33,935 bases of DNA, from positions 9,513-43,447 of the forward strand of contig JAPLDC010000097.1 of the NCBI GenBank assembly GCA_026391935.1, given 5' to 3'. Made by a program: the position numbers and the translations under genes. Of this stretch, positions 32,737 through 33,935 are shown one piece after another (position 1 is the stretch's first letter; the number at the start of each line of letters is the position of its first letter). This DNA is from Bacteroidota bacterium. GTDB taxonomy: Bacteria; Bacteroidota; Bacteroidia; 2-12-FULL-35-15. The notes under the pieces are model-generated. The model ran no database searches. It saw only the letters and a list, made by a program, of their open reading frames with translations, and had not been told where the DNA came from.

Positions 32737-33935
32737 ATGAGCAAAAATTATAAAATATATACCGGTCTCGATCTTTCACAAACAGCTAAAGATGTTCAAA
32801 AGACTTGGAACGAAAACAACACTTTTGAAAAATCCATCACATCCCGTGAAGGAAAAACGCCTTTTGTTTTTTATGAAGGGCCGCCAAGTGCGAATGGATT
32901 GCCTGGTATTCACCACGTGATGGCGCGTTCGATAAAAGATATATTTTGCAGATATAAAACACAAAAAGGATTTCAGGTAAAACGTAAAGCAGGTTGGGAT
33001 ACTCATGGATTACCAATCGAATTGAGTGTGGAAAAGGCTTTGGGTATTACAAAAGAAGACATCGGTAAAAAAATTACTGTTGAAGAATACAACATTGCTT
33101 GTCGCAAAGATGTAATGAAATACACAGATGTGTGGGCTGATGTGACAGCAAAAATGGGCTATTGGGTGGATATGGAACATCCATACATCACCTATGATAA
33201 TCGGTATATTGAATCAGTTTGGTGGTTGCTGAACAATTTGTACACAAAAGGTTCCATCTATAAAGGCTTTACTATTCAGCCATATTCTCCTGCTGCAGGA
33301 ACTGGTTTGTCTACTCATGAATTAAATCAGCCGGGATGTTACAGAGATGTGAAAGATAGAACGGCTGTTGCTATGTTTAAGGCAGTTCAAAGTTCAATGT
33401 TGGAAAATTTAAAATTGGAGGGCGATGTTTATTTTCTTGCCTGGACAACTACTCCATGGACGCTTCCATCGAATACCGCTTTAGCAGTTGGAAAAAATAT
33501 TGATTATGTCTTAGTTAAAACATACAGTCCTTTTTCTCATTCCTTGATTCATGTAATTCTTGCAAAGGAACTTGTTGGAAAACATTTTCCAGATAAAAAT
33601 AAAGAGTTGATTTTTGGAGATTACAAAGCCGGTGATAAAGCAATTCCGTTTCATATCCTTACTGAATATAAAGGTTCAGAATTGGCAGGTATCCACTACG
33701 AACAACTCTTACCATTCGCGCAACCGACAGATGGAGACGCATTTCGAGTGATCGTTGGTGATTTTGTTACTACCGAAGATGGAACAGGTATCGTGCATAT
33801 TGCTCCTAGTTTTGGTGCGGATGACTTCAGAGTTGCGAAACAAAATAAGATTGGTTCCTTAACGCTCGTTGATAAACGCGGGAAATTTTTACCGGAGATA
33901 AAAGACGGTGTTTTCTTGTATGGCGATGAATATGT
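32737..33935 (+). CDS. ileS: Isoleucine--tRNA ligase, type 2 (N-terminal ~400 aa; 3' end outside the window)
   Basis: Not in the ORF track because it has no stop in the window. The frame is open from the ATG at 32737 to the window end. Translation: MSKNYKIYTGLDLSQTAKDVQKTWNENNTFEKSITSREGKTPFVFYEGPPSANGLPGIHHVMARSIKDIFCRYKTQKGFQVKRKAGWDTHGLPIE..., with the HIGH-region variant PGIHHV and WTTTPWTLPSN. Confidence 0.95.
   Translation, partial: MSKNYKIYTGLDLSQTAKDVQKTWNENNTFEKSITSREGKTPFVFYEGPPSANGLPGIHHVMARSIKDIFCRYKTQKGFQVKRKAGWDTHGLPIELSVEKALGITKEDIGKKITVEEYNIACRKDVMKYTDVWADVTAKMGYWVDMEHPYITYDNRYIESVWWLLNNLYTKGSIYKGFTIQPYSPAAGTGLSTHELNQPGCYRDVKDRTAVAMFKAVQSSMLENLKLEGDVYFLAWTTTPWTLPSNTALAVGKNIDYVLVKTYSPFSHSLIHVILAKELVGKHFPDKNKELIFGDYKAGDKAIPFHILTEYKGSELAGIHYEQLLPFAQPTDGDAFRVIVGDFVTTEDGTGIVHIAPSFGADDFRVAKQNKIGSLTLVDKRGKFLPEIKDGVFLYGDEY

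Noticed and set aside
32776-33006. 76-aa minus-strand track ORF
   Set aside because: It lies antisense inside the highly conserved ileS N-terminal coding region and is a shadow ORF.

Overview
AT-rich chromosomal segment with clear Bacteroidota character (order not determinable): TAnnTTTG-type -7 boxes, T9SS type-A and type-B C-terminal sorting domains, a PorP/SprF gene, a eukaryote-like class Ia RNR and a type-2 IleRS. Most genes are housekeeping: rlmF, nrdB-nrdA, a DUF3109 gene, glyQS, hrpB, ridA, ileS and tRNA-Ala(GGC). These are interleaved with envelope and secretion genes. No transposase, integrase, CRISPR array or recognisable defence or toxin gene was seen. Two coding regions run off the window. 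Frame 1 is open from nt 1 into the 121..1998 ORF. ileS (32737..33935) is missing from the ORF track because it has no in-window stop. Several track ORFs start at upstream TTG/GTG/ATG codons; I trimmed these to ATGs that give classical signal peptides or conserved N-termini. The main candidates for second-look biology are four. (1) An ECF sigma / non-canonical anti-sigma pair whose putative autoregulated promoter (GGCAAC-N16-CGTCTA) is duplicated in front of the next gene, a PorP/SprF-type T9SS outer-membrane protein. (2) A co-directional, apparently single-promoter unit encoding a 1238-aa TraB/GumN (Tiki-like) protein, an active M16 peptidase and an inactive M16 subunit fused to a LolA-like domain. 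(3) A highly structured repeat and terminator-like leader in front of glyQS. (4) An operon of a repeat-module membrane protein, a type-B-CTD cargo and a membrane-anchored TylF-like methyltransferase. All functional calls rest on motif recognition by eye; no database search was possible.
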